The notes under the pieces: generated by a model | Databases searched by the model: none | What the model was told of the DNA's origin: nothing | What the model saw: only the letters and a program-made list of their open reading frames with translations | In this document: one piece after another, positions 10,714-20,665 of the stretch | Numbering within the stretch: the stretch's first letter is position 1 | How the letters are laid out: every line of letters begins with the position of its first letter | Assembly: GCA_965204795.1 (NCBI GenBank) | Contig: OZ242012.1 | Coordinates: 1,683,639 to 1,747,638 of the forward strand | Direction of reading: 5' to 3' | From: Thermodesulfobacteriota bacterium | GTDB lineage: Bacteria > Desulfobacterota_D > UBA1144 > Nemesobacterales > Nemesobacteraceae | DNA length: 64,000 nucleotides | Program-made: the position numbers and the translations under genes

Positions 10714-11358
10714 AGATGGGAATATGCGAATACACGATAGACCAACGGCTTTAGTTCGCGAGATAAACGGGAACATTAAAGATTTGTCGGGAACATGGAA
10801 AAGAACAGTTTGCGGAAACAATCAAGTTGCTTTTACCTGCCACTGAAAAAGAATCACAATAAATATCGGAAAGCAATTATTGAAACTTTACAATATCTTC
10901 AGATAGAGTGAAGGATGGGACATGAATCGTGGTCGTCTTAACTCACTTGTAAAACCTAATCATACCTGACCCACCGTGAAAAGGAGTGTTTTATACCTTG
11001 CCAGAAAACGAGGACCCAGAAGGAGCGAGGAAGCCCTTCTCTAAAAATAAACGATTACAGTGAGAATGAAACTCTCTTAAACGAAAAGGCGGTAGTAAAA
11101 CGTTTGGGAATATTTCTGGGCTGCGCTAGAATATATTAACAGGGCTGGCTACGTTTCATTGAACGGGAGAGCAAGCCCCGCGAACGTACAACTTTAAATC
11201 TTGACCGCACATATTTGGGGGGTTTATATAATGAATGAATCTAACCGCTAAAATCTTTGAAAAAGAAATGAGAGAACTCATTAGAAACATCCCCGAAGTC
11301 GACGTGAAACTTCTGAAAGAGTTTCAGTCGGCTATGACAACAATGCGTGGCGTTATGA

Positions 11359-11751
11359 CTACGCGAGAGATGTAAAAAACTTGAGAGCATCCCTTCTCTT
11401 CCCAGTCAGCCCAAGGTCAAAGAAGAGCCAGTTAAACAACCAATCCCATTGAGGCTTCTCCGTCAACAACCTTTCGGGTAGGCTTTTCGTAAACAAATAC
11501 ATTGCATAAAACCATTTGCGTAGTGGCGTAGTGGATTTCTCGAAGGAAGTGCCTACACACGGATATACATGGGCTCCGCAAAACTGGCAAACATAAGCTC
11601 TCCGTTTTGCTATCCTGTGATACTTGGTGTGTCTTTTACATTCTTCACAGAACGGATTATCTCCGTAACGAAGCTCCATTACCTTCCGAAGACAAGCATC
11701 ATCATTTGGAAAATCTTGTTGGAATTGATAGAAAGTGTATCTTTCTGACAT
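11359..11751 (-). pseudogene. IS1595-family (ISXO2-like) transposase N-terminal Zn-ribbon/HTH fragment; DDE catalytic domain missing
   Basis: MSERYTFYQFQQDFPNDDACLRKVMELRYGDNPFCEECKRHTKYHRIAKRRAYVCQFCGAHVYPCVGTSFEKSTTPLRKWFYAMYLF matches the IS1595 N-terminal region (F.DF...FPDDDAC..Y....RW.....CP.CG ... T.FH.T.LPL..WF.AMYL). The ORF ends after about 130 aa. Confidence 0.65.
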
Positions 11752-12124
11752 CAGGGTTCCTTCTATAGTATTGTGGTTTCAAGTAGGTGCGTCATTGGTT
11801 TGTCTTCCCTAACTGAAAGATTTGGGAATTTGTATCTAACTAGATAGACACAACATAGTGTGCCTGCTTCTCTTAGCTCAACCACCATAATTTGTGGATT
11901 GTCAACTTAAATACGTAAGTCCCAAAAGATTTTTATCCCCGGTTCCAAGAGAAATTTCAATTGTGTTGAGTCTGTCGAACTTTGACCATGGCAATTAGAA
12001 TAAGGGGTAAAACGTGTAAAAAATTCCACGATATTTAGTCATTTTAGCCTCTCAAAAGTCTTAATTGAGTTCACCTTGCTCGATTTTTTCATTAAGCCCA
12101 ACAGACTCCATCGAAGGAATTTTT

Positions 12125-12706
12125 TTACTTCTCGGCTCTGTACACAAACGCCGGAGGAAAATTGGACCAGACGGTTCTCGACCTCTCGACGCTCGCGAAT
12201 TTCTCCCGAAGACGCGAGCGGAACCTTCTGGCGCTCGGCACAAGCAGGCTGGCCGAATAGCTGAAGGTAAGAAGTCTGCCTCCGGGTCTGAGCACGTCCG
12301 CTATGACGTCGAGCAGCCTGTCCTGAGTGTCGTAATCGAACACGGTCCACGGAAGGCTTGAAACGACGCAGTCGCAAAAATCCCGCCCGTTCAGCTCAAG
12401 ATATTTTCTCGCGTTCTCCGCCGAATCTTCGTAGACCGTCGCCTCCGGACAGCGGGACCTTGTAGCCTCGCAGAACACGGGATTTATCTCTATCGCGAAA
12501 AAAACCGCCTCGGGGTCCTTTTTCTCGAGAACCTTCTCGGTGAAAACCCCCGTTCCCGACCCGAGCTCTATGAGCGTCCGGGCCTCCCGGATCTCCGCCG
12601 CGTCGGTAACGAGTTCGCAGAGCCTCTCGCTGGAAGGATAGATCGCCCCCGTGCTCCTGGGATTACTAACGAACTGCTTTATGAAACGGTAGGGACCGAA
12701 TTCCAA
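12125..12706 (-). CDS. class I SAM-dependent methyltransferase (small, PmtA / rRNA-adenine-MTase-like fold)
   Basis: FIKQFVSNPRSTGAIYPSSERLCELV ... LIELGSGTGVFTEKV (motif I) ... VVSSLPW. Likely TTG start at 12706 after AGGAGG; the track ORF begins further upstream at 12787. Confidence 0.7.
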   Translation of the reverse strand: MEFGPYRFIKQFVSNPRSTGAIYPSSERLCELVTDAAEIREARTLIELGSGTGVFTEKVLEKKDPEAVFFAIEINPVFCEATRSRCPEATVYEDSAENARKYLELNGRDFCDCVVSSLPWTVFDYDTQDRLLDVIADVLRPGGRLLTFSYSASLLVPSARRFRSRLREKFASVERSRTVWSNFPPAFVYRAEK

Positions 12707-12874
12707 CCTTGCTCTCCTCCTAAAACCGAACCGAGACTGACCTCGAAGCCGACCACCGCTTTTTCCCGTCTCCCGCCGCGCTTCCACTCATTCGGCCTCC
12801 GGCCTCTCGCTTCAGGTATTATATACCCTGTCCGCCGCGACGGTAAACATCCGCCGGGACGCGGAAAACGCAAG

Positions 12875-14209
12875 ATGTTCGAAGGAATATCCGAAAAACT
12901 CGGCTCCACCCTCAAAAGAATCGGGGGTTACGGAAAGCTCAGCGAAAAAAACATAGAGGACGCGCTTCGGGAGGTGCGCCTGAACCTGCTGGAAGCGGAC
13001 GTGAACTTCAGGGTAGTAAGGGAGTTCGTGGGGCTCGTCAAGCAAAGGGCGCTCGGGCGGGAAGTCGAAAAGAGCCTGAATCCCGGACAGCAGTTCGTAA
13101 AGATAGTGAAGGAGGAACTCACCCGCGTTCTGGGGGAGACCAGCGAGCCTCTGGGCGTGAACGTCGCTCCGCCTCTTGTGATAATGCTCGTGGGTCTTCA
13201 GGGCTCGGGAAAGACCACCACGGCTTCCAAGCTCGCGAGGTTTCTCGCGGAGCGCCACGGAAAAACCCCCGTGCTCGTCCCCGCGGACGTGTACCGCCCC
13301 GCGGCCGTAGACCAGCTAAGAATACTCGGGGAGAACCTCGGAATCAGGGTGCACGACACCGCCCCGGGGTCCGACCCCGTGGCCGTGTGCGAAGAGGCGG
13401 TTTCGCGCTGTTCGGGCGAAGGGAACGACGTCGCGATCATAGACACCGCCGGGCGCCTTCACCTGGACGAAGAGCTCATGGACGAGCTCGGCCGCATAAA
13501 GGAGAAGGTGAATCCGCACGAAATTCTCCTGGTAGCGGACGCCATGACGGGCCAGGACGCCGTTACGGTTTCCGAAGGATTCAACGACAAGCTCGACATA
13601 GACGGCGTGGTTCTCACCAAGATGGACGCCGACGCGAGGGGCGGCGCCGCGCTTTCGATAAAGGCCACGACGGGAAAGCCGATCAAGTTTTTCGGAACGG
13701 GAGAGAAGTCCGACGCTCTCGAGGTCTTCCACCCCGAGAGAATAGCCTCGAGAATCCTAGGCATGGGGGACGTGCTGAGCCTCATAGAAAAGGCGGAGTC
13801 GGCGTTCGAAGAAGAGAAGACGAAAAAGCTCGCCGAGAGAATAGCCAAAAAGCAGTTCTCTCTCGAAGACTACAGGGAGTCGATGGCGGCCATGAACAAG
13901 CTGGGCCCCCTTGAGAACATAGCGGGCATGGTGCCCGGCATGAAGAAGATGGCCGAAAGTCCCGGGGCCATGGAGACCGCGCGCAAGGAAATAGGCAGAA
14001 GCCTGGCCATAATAGGTTCCATGACCCCCGAGGAGAGAAAAAACCACGCCATACTGAACGGAAGCCGCAGAAAAAGAATCGCCAGGGGAAGCGGAACCAG
14101 GGTTCAGGACGTGAACCGCACGATAAAAAACTACATACAGATGAGAAACATGATGAAAAACATGGGCAAAATGGGTAAAATAGCGAAGAGAATGATGAAC
14201 TTCGGATAG
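12875..14209 (+). CDS. ffh: signal recognition particle protein
   Basis: MFEGISEKLGSTLKRIGGYGKLSEKNIEDALREVRLNLLEADVN, the GLQGSGKTTT P-loop, DTAGRLH, and the Met-rich M domain (MKNMGKMGKIAKRMM). Confidence 0.95.
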   Translation: MFEGISEKLGSTLKRIGGYGKLSEKNIEDALREVRLNLLEADVNFRVVREFVGLVKQRALGREVEKSLNPGQQFVKIVKEELTRVLGETSEPLGVNVAPPLVIMLVGLQGSGKTTTASKLARFLAERHGKTPVLVPADVYRPAAVDQLRILGENLGIRVHDTAPGSDPVAVCEEAVSRCSGEGNDVAIIDTAGRLHLDEELMDELGRIKEKVNPHEILLVADAMTGQDAVTVSEGFNDKLDIDGVVLTKMDADARGGAALSIKATTGKPIKFFGTGEKSDALEVFHPERIASRILGMGDVLSLIEKAESAFEEEKTKKLAERIAKKQFSLEDYRESMAAMNKLGPLENIAGMVPGMKKMAESPGAMETARKEIGRSLAIIGSMTPEERKNHAILNGSRRKRIARGSGTRVQDVNRTIKNYIQMRNMMKNMGKMGKIAKRMMNFG

Positions 14210-14251
14210 CGTCCGGGTTTTTCGGCATTGATTTCAGGAGGTACACGCAAC

Positions 14252-14485
14252 TTGGTCAAGATCAGACTGACGAGGATAGGATCCAAAAAAAGGCCGTTCT
14301 ACAGGATAGTGGCGGCCGACGTGCGGGCTCCGCGCGACGGCAAGTTTCTGGAGATTCTGGGACATTACGACCCGAGGAAAAAGCCCCACGAACTCAAGGT
14401 GAACGCCGAGAGAGTGAAGGCTTGGATCGAAAACGGCGCCAAGGCCACAAACAGGGTAAGCAAGCTCATATCCGACATCGTCTAG
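14252..14485 (+). CDS. rpsP: 30S ribosomal protein S16
   Basis: [43 protein letters not shown] 14252 sits 10 nt after AGGAGG (14236-14241); the track ORF starts earlier at TTG 14228. Confidence 0.9.
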   Translation: MVKIRLTRIGSKKRPFYRIVAADVRAPRDGKFLEILGHYDPRKKPHELKVNAERVKAWIENGAKATNRVSKLISDIV

Positions 14486-14545
14486 CGGCGCTTTCGCGCC
14501 CGGGCGATCCGGCAGGAGAAATTCGAGTTTCAGGAGACCGTCCCT

Positions 14546-14785
14546 ATGGATAAACTAAAAGAGCTTGTCAGCTTCATGGCGACATCCCTTGTCGACAATC
14601 CCGAAGCGGTGGAAGTGACCGAGGTGACGGGTGAAAAAACGACCGTCATAGAGCTGAAAGTCGCCCAGGACGACCTGGGAAAGATAATAGGCAAGCAGGG
14701 GAGAACCGCCAAGGCGATCCGAAGCATTTTAAGCGCCGCGGCCGCGAAAATAAACAAGCGCGCCGTTCTGGAGATACTTGAGTAA
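14546..14785 (+). CDS. khpA: KH-domain RNA-binding protein
   Basis: [26 protein letters not shown] is the KH GxxG motif. Conserved position between rpsP and rimM. Confidence 0.8.
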   Translation: MDKLKELVSFMATSLVDNPEAVEVTEVTGEKTTVIELKVAQDDLGKIIGKQGRTAKAIRSILSAAAAKINKRAVLEILE

Positions 14786-15317
14786 ACCCGAACTCGGAAA
14801 AAGAGAACTCGTCCTCTACGGAAAAATAACGAAAAAGCACGGCCTCTCGGGCGAAGTGAAGGTGCACGCCTTCGGCGGACGGCCCGACACCCTGAACGGG
14901 GTGAAGAAAATATACCTCAACGCTTCCGGCGACCCGTCTCCCGCGAGGTTCGACGTGTCGCGAAGCGCGGTCCGGGGAAACGCCGCCGTGCTCAAGCTTC
15001 GGGGCGTGGACACCCCGGAGGCCGCCGACGACCTGAGGAACCTGGAAGTTTCGGTAGAGAAAGAGGATCTCGAGAGCCCGGGGGAAGACGAGTACTTCTG
15101 GTTCGACCTCGTCGGTCTCGGTGTGCGCACGGTTTCGGGAAAGAGCGTGGGAGTGATAAAGGAGCTTGTGACCGGAGCCGGACACGACATCCTGGTGGTC
15201 GCGAGCCGGGACGGAACGCGGGAATTTCTGGTTCCGTTCGTCGAAAGATTCGTCGCGGAAGTCGACATGGACGAATCGGTCGTCACCATCTCGCCCGTGG
15301 AAGGACTTCTGGACTGA
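14778..15317 (+). CDS. rimM: 16S rRNA processing protein RimM
   Basis: [15 protein letters not shown] and the PRC-barrel C-terminal domain. 8-nt overlap with khpA. Confidence 0.9.
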   Translation: MSKPELGKRELVLYGKITKKHGLSGEVKVHAFGGRPDTLNGVKKIYLNASGDPSPARFDVSRSAVRGNAAVLKLRGVDTPEAADDLRNLEVSVEKEDLESPGEDEYFWFDLVGLGVRTVSGKSVGVIKELVTGAGHDILVVASRDGTREFLVPFVERFVAEVDMDESVVTISPVEGLLD

Positions 15318-15332
15318 TCCCACGTTTCTTCG

Positions 15333-16631
15333 ATGAAATTCGACATAATAACGATCTTTCCGAATTTTTTCGATTCCGTCTTCTCCTTCGGAGTCGTAGG
15401 CAGGGCCGCCCAGAGCGGCGCCGTGGAGATAAACGTCCACAACCTGCGGGACCATTCGGGGAACAGGCACGGAAAAACGGACGACACTCCCTACGGGGGA
15501 GGAAGCGGAATGCTCATGACCCCCGGCCCGATAGGAAACGCCGTGGGGAAAATAAGGGAGAAGGGAAAAAGGTCGGCCGTGATTCTCACCACCCCCCGGG
15601 GACAGGAGTTCGACGACGCGAAGGCCCGGGAGCTTTCGCGCTTCGAGCAGCTGGTGATCATCTGCGGGCGCTACGAAGGAGTGGACGAAAGAGTGAGCGA
15701 GCTTTACGTCGACATGAGCCTCTCGACCGGAAAGTACGTGAACTCGGGGGGAGAATACGCCTGCTCCGTGATAGTCGACGCGGTGGCCAGGTACCTGCCC
15801 GGGGTTCTAGGAAACTCCCGGTCGCTTGAGACCGAATCTTTCGGAAACGGGCTTCTGGAACACCCCCAGTACACAAAACCCGAAACGTACGAGGAAAAAA
15901 GCGTTCCCGAAGTGCTCCTTTCGGGAAACCACGAGAGGATAAGGAGGTGGAGAAGGGAGCGGAGCATAGAGACCACGTTCAGGCTAAAACCCGCCCTGCT
16001 CGACGACGCGGACCTCTCCGAGGACGAAAACAGGTTTCTGGGAAAGCTCAAAAGCGAAAAACCCCCGGAGTTTCGCGTGTACGTGGCGCTCGTGCACCAC
16101 CCGGTGTACAACAGCCGGATGGAGATAGTCTCCACGGCGTTCAAAAGCATAGACGTTCACGACATCTCCAGGGACGCCACGACCTACGGAATCGGGAAAT
16201 TCTATCTGGCAAACCCCGTCGAGGAACAGAGAAAGCTCGCGAAAAGACTGACCGACCACTGGACGGAGGGAGCGGGAAGGCGGTTCAACGAGACGAAAAG
16301 CCGGGCGTTCGGCGTGGTAGAGATAACGGACTCGATCGAGCGGGCGGTAGCGGACATAGAGAAGATCGAGGGCCGAAGGCCGAAGCTCGTGGCCACCGAC
16401 GCGCGCTTTTCGGACAAAACGACGGGATACTCGGAAATGAGAAAGCTCATCTTTGAGAGCGGCGAGCCTTTTCTCATCCTCTTCGGCACGGGGTCAGGAC
16501 TCGCCGGGGAAGTGATGGAGAAAGCCGACTACGTGCTCAGGCCAATAAGCGGCTACAGGGAATTCAACCATCTTTCTGTAAGAAGCGCGGCGGCGATAAC
16601 CCTGGACAGGCTGCTTTCCTGCGGAGCCTGA
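15333..16631 (+). CDS. trmD: tRNA (guanine37-N1)-methyltransferase TrmD, fused to a C-terminal about 190 aa SPOUT-like domain
   Basis: N-terminal about 240 aa: MKFDIITIFPNFF ... YGGGSGMLM ... RYEGVDERV ... LLEHPQYTKP is TrmD. The C-terminal extension (VYVALVHHPVYN ... LILFGTGSGLAGEV ... EFNHLSVRSAAAITLDRLL) carries a SPOUT motif-III-like NxSV...AA.I.L.R. Confidence 0.85.
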   Translation: MKFDIITIFPNFFDSVFSFGVVGRAAQSGAVEINVHNLRDHSGNRHGKTDDTPYGGGSGMLMTPGPIGNAVGKIREKGKRSAVILTTPRGQEFDDAKARELSRFEQLVIICGRYEGVDERVSELYVDMSLSTGKYVNSGGEYACSVIVDAVARYLPGVLGNSRSLETESFGNGLLEHPQYTKPETYEEKSVPEVLLSGNHERIRRWRRERSIETTFRLKPALLDDADLSEDENRFLGKLKSEKPPEFRVYVALVHHPVYNSRMEIVSTAFKSIDVHDISRDATTYGIGKFYLANPVEEQRKLAKRLTDHWTEGAGRRFNETKSRAFGVVEITDSIERAVADIEKIEGRRPKLVATDARFSDKTTGYSEMRKLIFESGEPFLILFGTGSGLAGEVMEKADYVLRPISGYREFNHLSVRSAAAITLDRLLSCGA

Positions 16632-16742
16632 CTCGCGGGAAAGTCCTCCTGCGGGGCCGCCCGGGGTCATCGTTCCCGGACTTTTGACAACGCGCCGGAG
16701 GTTCTGTATATTCAGAGCCCCTGACGCGAGGGGCATAGAGAC

Positions 16743-17087
16743 ATGGGAATAATAGCGGAAATCGAAAAAAAGCACATGAGAGACGACGTTCCGGAATTTC
16801 GCTCCGGAGACACGGTATCCGTCCACTACAACATCAAGGAAGGCGACAGGCGGAGGATACAGGTCTTCGAGGGAACCGTCATCGCCAGGAAGGGCTCGGG
16901 CTTTCGGGAGACCTTCACCGTAAGGAAGGTTTCCTACGGCATAGGAGTGGAAAGGATATTCCCCGTGCACTCCCCTCTCATAGGCAAAATAGAGGTCAAG
17001 AGAAAGGGCCGCGTGAGAAGGGCGAAGCTCTACTATCTGAGAGGCCTCTCGAAAAAGGCGAGCCGGATAAGGGAAAGAACTTCCTAG
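16743..17087 (+). CDS. rplS: 50S ribosomal protein L19
   Basis: [60 protein letters not shown]. Confidence 0.95.
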   Translation: MGIIAEIEKKHMRDDVPEFRSGDTVSVHYNIKEGDRRRIQVFEGTVIARKGSGFRETFTVRKVSYGIGVERIFPVHSPLIGKIEVKRKGRVRRAKLYYLRGLSKKASRIRERTS

Positions 17088-17824
17088 ACCGAAGAGCCTC
17101 CCTCCCCTTCCGACGCTTCTCTCCTTTCTATCTCCCCCATCACGTGCCTCATCCTCTGCACCGACGTGTAGAAGGAAAAAACGAACAGGAGAATCACCGA
17201 AAGCTTGAGAAGGTAGTCGTTCTGGCTTCCGAACCCCAGCATGTAGGCGACTATGTTGCCGAGGAAGTTGAACGTCGAGAGAACCCCCAGGTAGACGACC
17301 CTTTCGGTTCTCTGCATCATCCCGACTTCGCATTCGATCCCGAGGCTCTCGGCCCTGGCTTTCGTGTAGCTCACCATCATGGAGCAGCTGACTATTAGAA
17401 ACACCAGATAGACGAAAAACGTCCCGCCGAAGTAGCTGAGAAGCCCGAGGTAGATGAGCGCCTCGGAATAGCGGTCGACGCAGGAATCGAAAAAGGCTCC
17501 CCTGGGAGAGTTGAGCCCCTGGGCCCGTGCCACCCTGCCGTCGAATATGTCGAACGTGGAACCGGCGAGCAGAAGCACCCCGGCGACGAAGATCAGTCCC
17601 AGATGAAAGAAGTAGCCGGTCAGGGCCGACACTATCAGGGTGGTGATCGTCAGTACGTTGGGACTGAACTTTCTTTCTATCAGGAAGTCCTCTATGGGAC
17701 TCATGAGAAAGACCCACCAGGATTTTATGCCGCCCGAAAGAAGCTTCGAAGACTCGGGCTTCCTGCCGGTCTTGGATCTTTCGTCGACGTTTTCGGCGTT
17801 TTCGGAACCGCGTTCGTTTTCCAT
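17084..17824 (-). CDS. CDP-alcohol phosphatidyltransferase family protein
   Basis: Multiple TM helices and [30 protein letters not shown] match the D-G-x-x-A-R ... G ... D-x-x-x-D motif. Confidence 0.75.
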   Translation of the reverse strand: MENERGSENAENVDERSKTGRKPESSKLLSGGIKSWWVFLMSPIEDFLIERKFSPNVLTITTLIVSALTGYFFHLGLIFVAGVLLLAGSTFDIFDGRVARAQGLNSPRGAFFDSCVDRYSEALIYLGLLSYFGGTFFVYLVFLIVSCSMMVSYTKARAESLGIECEVGMMQRTERVVYLGVLSTFNFLGNIVAYMLGFGSQNDYLLKLSVILLFVFSFYTSVQRMRHVMGEIERREASEGEGGSSV

Positions 17825-17884
17825 GGGAAGAATAATAACCTAAACCGCGGGCAATCACACGTCCGCGGGAAACGGCGCGCCGCC

Positions 17885-18346
17885 TCAGTCGTTGAGGGTA
17901 ACGTAAAACTTGAAGTCCCTGTCCCTCTCTCTTATCTCGTGTCCGTACTCGCGCGCCTCTTCCTTGGACTCGAAGGTCCCTATCCTCACCCTGTAGAAAG
18001 TCGTGATGTCCGACGGCGAGTACTCCCTTATGAAAGCGGGGTACCCCCTGTCCTTGTAGAACCTGACCGTGCGGTTGGCCACTTTCTTGTTCTGAAAGGA
18101 ATTTACCTGGATCGTGTACTTGTGGTCGGGGTTGAGCATGGCCGACAGGTATTCGTCGCGTCCCGGCGCCGTCTGTTCGGAAGACCCGGGCAGAGAATCT
18201 CCGGGCTCCTGCGCAACCGGCGCGTCGGCGGGAATGTACTTTTTTCCCACCACGACCCCCAGAGAGAACACGAGACCGAAGACCACGAAAAAACCCAGGG
18301 AAAAAACAAGGGGGCGGGAGCCCGCGGATTTGTTCTCTTCACTCAT
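17885..18346 (-). CDS. SPOR domain-containing protein
   Basis: N-terminal TM anchor followed by a C-terminal SPOR-like repeat (YTIQVNSFQNKKVANRTVRFYKDRGYPAFIREY...FYRVRIGTFESKEEAREY). Confidence 0.7.
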   Translation of the reverse strand: MSEENKSAGSRPLVFSLGFFVVFGLVFSLGVVVGKKYIPADAPVAQEPGDSLPGSSEQTAPGRDEYLSAMLNPDHKYTIQVNSFQNKKVANRTVRFYKDRGYPAFIREYSPSDITTFYRVRIGTFESKEEAREYGHEIRERDRDFKFYVTLND

Positions 18347-18349
18347 GGT

Positions 18350-20026
18350 TCACATTCTCTCCGGGGCTTCTATTCCCAGAAGCCCGAGGCCGTTTCGGAC
18401 GACCGTGCGCACGCAGCGGGCGAGGTAGAGCCTGGCCGAAGCCTCGTCCGCGTTTTCCGAATCCAGTATCTTCGTTTTATTGTAATAAAAATGAAACTCC
18501 GAGGCCAGTTCCTGCAGGTAGTAGACGACCTTGTGGGGAGAAAGGGACTCGGCAGCCGAAACAACGGTTTCAGGAAACCGAAGAAGCCTCTTGGCGATGT
18601 CCCGCTCCGTATCGTCCGAAAGCAGGTCGAGGCGCGCGTCCGAGGACTCGATTCCCCGCTTCTCCGCGTTTCTCATCAGGCTCGATATTCTCGCGCACGC
18701 GTACTGCACGTAGTAGACGGGATTTTCGCTCGACTGCCTCTTGGCCAGGGAAAGATCGAAGTCGAGGTGACTGTCGGAGCTTCTCATCAGCAGAAAGAAC
18801 CTGGTGGCGTCGCATCCGACCTCGCGCAACACGTCGCGGAGGGTGACGAAATCCCCGCTTCTTTTCGACATGGACACCTCCTCCCCGTCCCTCACAAGCC
18901 TTACGAACTGTATGAGAAGCACCCGGAGGGCCGATTCGTCGCGCCCGAGCGCGCGCATGGACGCCTTGATACGGGAAACGTGACTGTGGTGGTCGGCTCC
19001 CCACACGTTCACGAGTCTTGAAAAACCCCTGGAATACTTGTCGAGGTGATAGGCTATGTCGGAGACGAAGTAGGTGGGAGAACCGTCTTTTTTCATCACC
19101 ACCCAGTCCTTCGAGTCTCCGTGCTCAGACGCCCTGAACCAAAGCGCACCGTCTTCCTCCTTGAGCGCGCCGACGCTCTCGAGCATGGCGAGGGTCGCGG
19201 GAATCCTGCTCTCCCCCGAGACGCCGCCGGAGTGTATTTCGGCCTTTTCGCTGTACCAGACGTCGAAATCGACCCGAAGGTCCCGAAGGTCCGCCTTTAT
19301 CTCCCCGAGCAGCCTGCGGTAAGCGAAATCCCTGCAGAAGTCCACCGCCCGGGACTCGTCCCCCGAGGTCCCGGGACATTCGTCCGAAGCGCTTATCTCC
19401 CCGGCGATTTCCGCCACGTACTCGCCCTGGTACCCGTCCTCCGGAAGTTCCCTTTCGACCCCGCGCATCTGGGCGAGTCTCGAGTACACCGACTCGCCCA
19501 GCATGTCCATCTGCCGCCCCGCGTCGTTTATGTAGAACTCCCTGGAGACGTCGTGCCCCGCGAACGAGAGAATCCTGCATACCGAGTCCCCGACCACGGC
19601 GTTTCGGGCGTGACCGAAATGAAGGTAGCCCGTGGGATTGGCGCTTACGAACTCCACCACAACCTTCTCCCCCTCCCCGCGGCCGCGGCTTCCGTACCTC
19701 CCGTCGAGACGGACGATTTCCCTCAGCCCGGACGCAAACACCGTTTCGCTTACGAAGAAATTGATGAATCCCGGCCCCGCCACGTCGAGCTTCTCTATGA
19801 AGTCGCTTCCCCTGGCCTCGATCTCCCCGACCATGAGCCCCGCCACCTCGCGGGGATTTTTTCCCGACGCGTTTCCTATGACGAGCGCGGCGTTGGTGGA
19901 GAAATCGCCGAACTCCTTTCTCTTCGGCGCCCCCACCTCGAACTCCATGTCCTCCACCGAGGGAATCTCGGAGCCGAAAAGCGAGACCGCCGATTCGGCC
20001 ACCACCCGCGCTATCCTGTCTTTCAT
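18350..20026 (-). CDS. argS: arginine--tRNA ligase
   Basis: VEFVSANPTGYLHFGHARN (HIGH region), the anticodon-binding DALR domain, and KMSKRSG-like SMSKRSGDFV. Confidence 0.95.
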   Translation of the reverse strand: MKDRIARVVAESAVSLFGSEIPSVEDMEFEVGAPKRKEFGDFSTNAALVIGNASGKNPREVAGLMVGEIEARGSDFIEKLDVAGPGFINFFVSETVFASGLREIVRLDGRYGSRGRGEGEKVVVEFVSANPTGYLHFGHARNAVVGDSVCRILSFAGHDVSREFYINDAGRQMDMLGESVYSRLAQMRGVERELPEDGYQGEYVAEIAGEISASDECPGTSGDESRAVDFCRDFAYRRLLGEIKADLRDLRVDFDVWYSEKAEIHSGGVSGESRIPATLAMLESVGALKEEDGALWFRASEHGDSKDWVVMKKDGSPTYFVSDIAYHLDKYSRGFSRLVNVWGADHHSHVSRIKASMRALGRDESALRVLLIQFVRLVRDGEEVSMSKRSGDFVTLRDVLREVGCDATRFFLLMRSSDSHLDFDLSLAKRQSSENPVYYVQYACARISSLMRNAEKRGIESSDARLDLLSDDTERDIAKRLLRFPETVVSAAESLSPHKVVYYLQELASEFHFYYNKTKILDSENADEASARLYLARCVRTVVRNGLGLLGIEAPERM

Positions 20027-20040
20027 AGAAACACCCGCCG

Positions 20041-20658
20041 CTACCGTCCGTCCGGAAGCTCGAGGTGAGCCACGTCGTTTACCGAAATGACGCTGAATTT
20101 TCCGTCGCGGACCCTGACCACGCTTTTCGAGGCTTCGTCCACCATGTAGTCCCTGAAGCCGCTGAGCGACCTGCCGGCGAACTTGCAGAGCAGGGTTATT
20201 ATAGTCAGATTGTGGCTCACTGCCAGTATGTTAAGCGACCCGAAGCGGCTTTCAATGTCGCAGACGGCGTCAAACGCCCTGCGCTGAACCTCGATCAGGG
20301 TCTCCCCTCCCGGAATCCGAAGCGTTTCGGGCTCTTCCCTCCAGCGCCGCAGAACGTCGGAGTGGTTCTCCCGTATGTAGGAGAACTCGAGCCCCTCGAA
20401 CATTCCCTGATCCATCTCCCTGAGGTCCTCCCTCAGGTTCACCTCGATCGAATGATGCGCGGCTATCCTCTCCGCGGTCTCCCTGGCCCTGCGGAGGTCG
20501 CTCGAGTATATGCGGTCGATTTTCTCGTCCCTGAGAGAAAGCGCGAGCCTTTCGGCCTGCTCGACGCCGCGGGAGTTGAGCGGAACGTCGCTCACTCCCT
20601 GGCACCTTCCCGATTCGTTCCAGTCGGTCTTTCCGTGTCTCACCAGGGTAAGCAGCAT
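20041..20658 (-). CDS. histidine phosphatase family protein (phosphoglycerate-mutase-like)
   Basis: LTLVRHGKTDWN is the RHG catalytic motif; RRARETAE; SHNL. Confidence 0.8.
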   Translation of the reverse strand: MLLTLVRHGKTDWNESGRCQGVSDVPLNSRGVEQAERLALSLRDEKIDRIYSSDLRRARETAERIAAHHSIEVNLREDLREMDQGMFEGLEFSYIRENHSDVLRRWREEPETLRIPGGETLIEVQRRAFDAVCDIESRFGSLNILAVSHNLTIITLLCKFAGRSLSGFRDYMVDEASKSVVRVRDGKFSVISVNDVAHLELPDGR

Positions 20659-20665
20659 CGGCGTT

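Larger units (their letters stand above)
8498..12120. mobile_element. decayed low-GC accessory islet with IS remnants (not a complete element)
   Basis: GC drops abruptly relative to polA and ffh flanks. It contains an IS3-family OrfB C-terminal fragment, an IS1595-family transposase N-terminal fragment, AT-rich non-coding DNA and small orphan ORFs. No intact transposase or terminal inverted repeats were identified. Confidence 0.5.

Noticed and set aside
13316-14246. Several 80-175-aa ORFs on both strands inside ffh
   Set aside because: All overlap the unambiguous ffh frame. They are Arg/Gly/Pro-rich shadow ORFs.
16494-17858. 454-aa minus ORF spanning rplS and the CDP-alcohol phosphatidyltransferase gene
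   Set aside because: Arg-rich low-complexity translation. It overlaps two genes with strong motif support in other frames.
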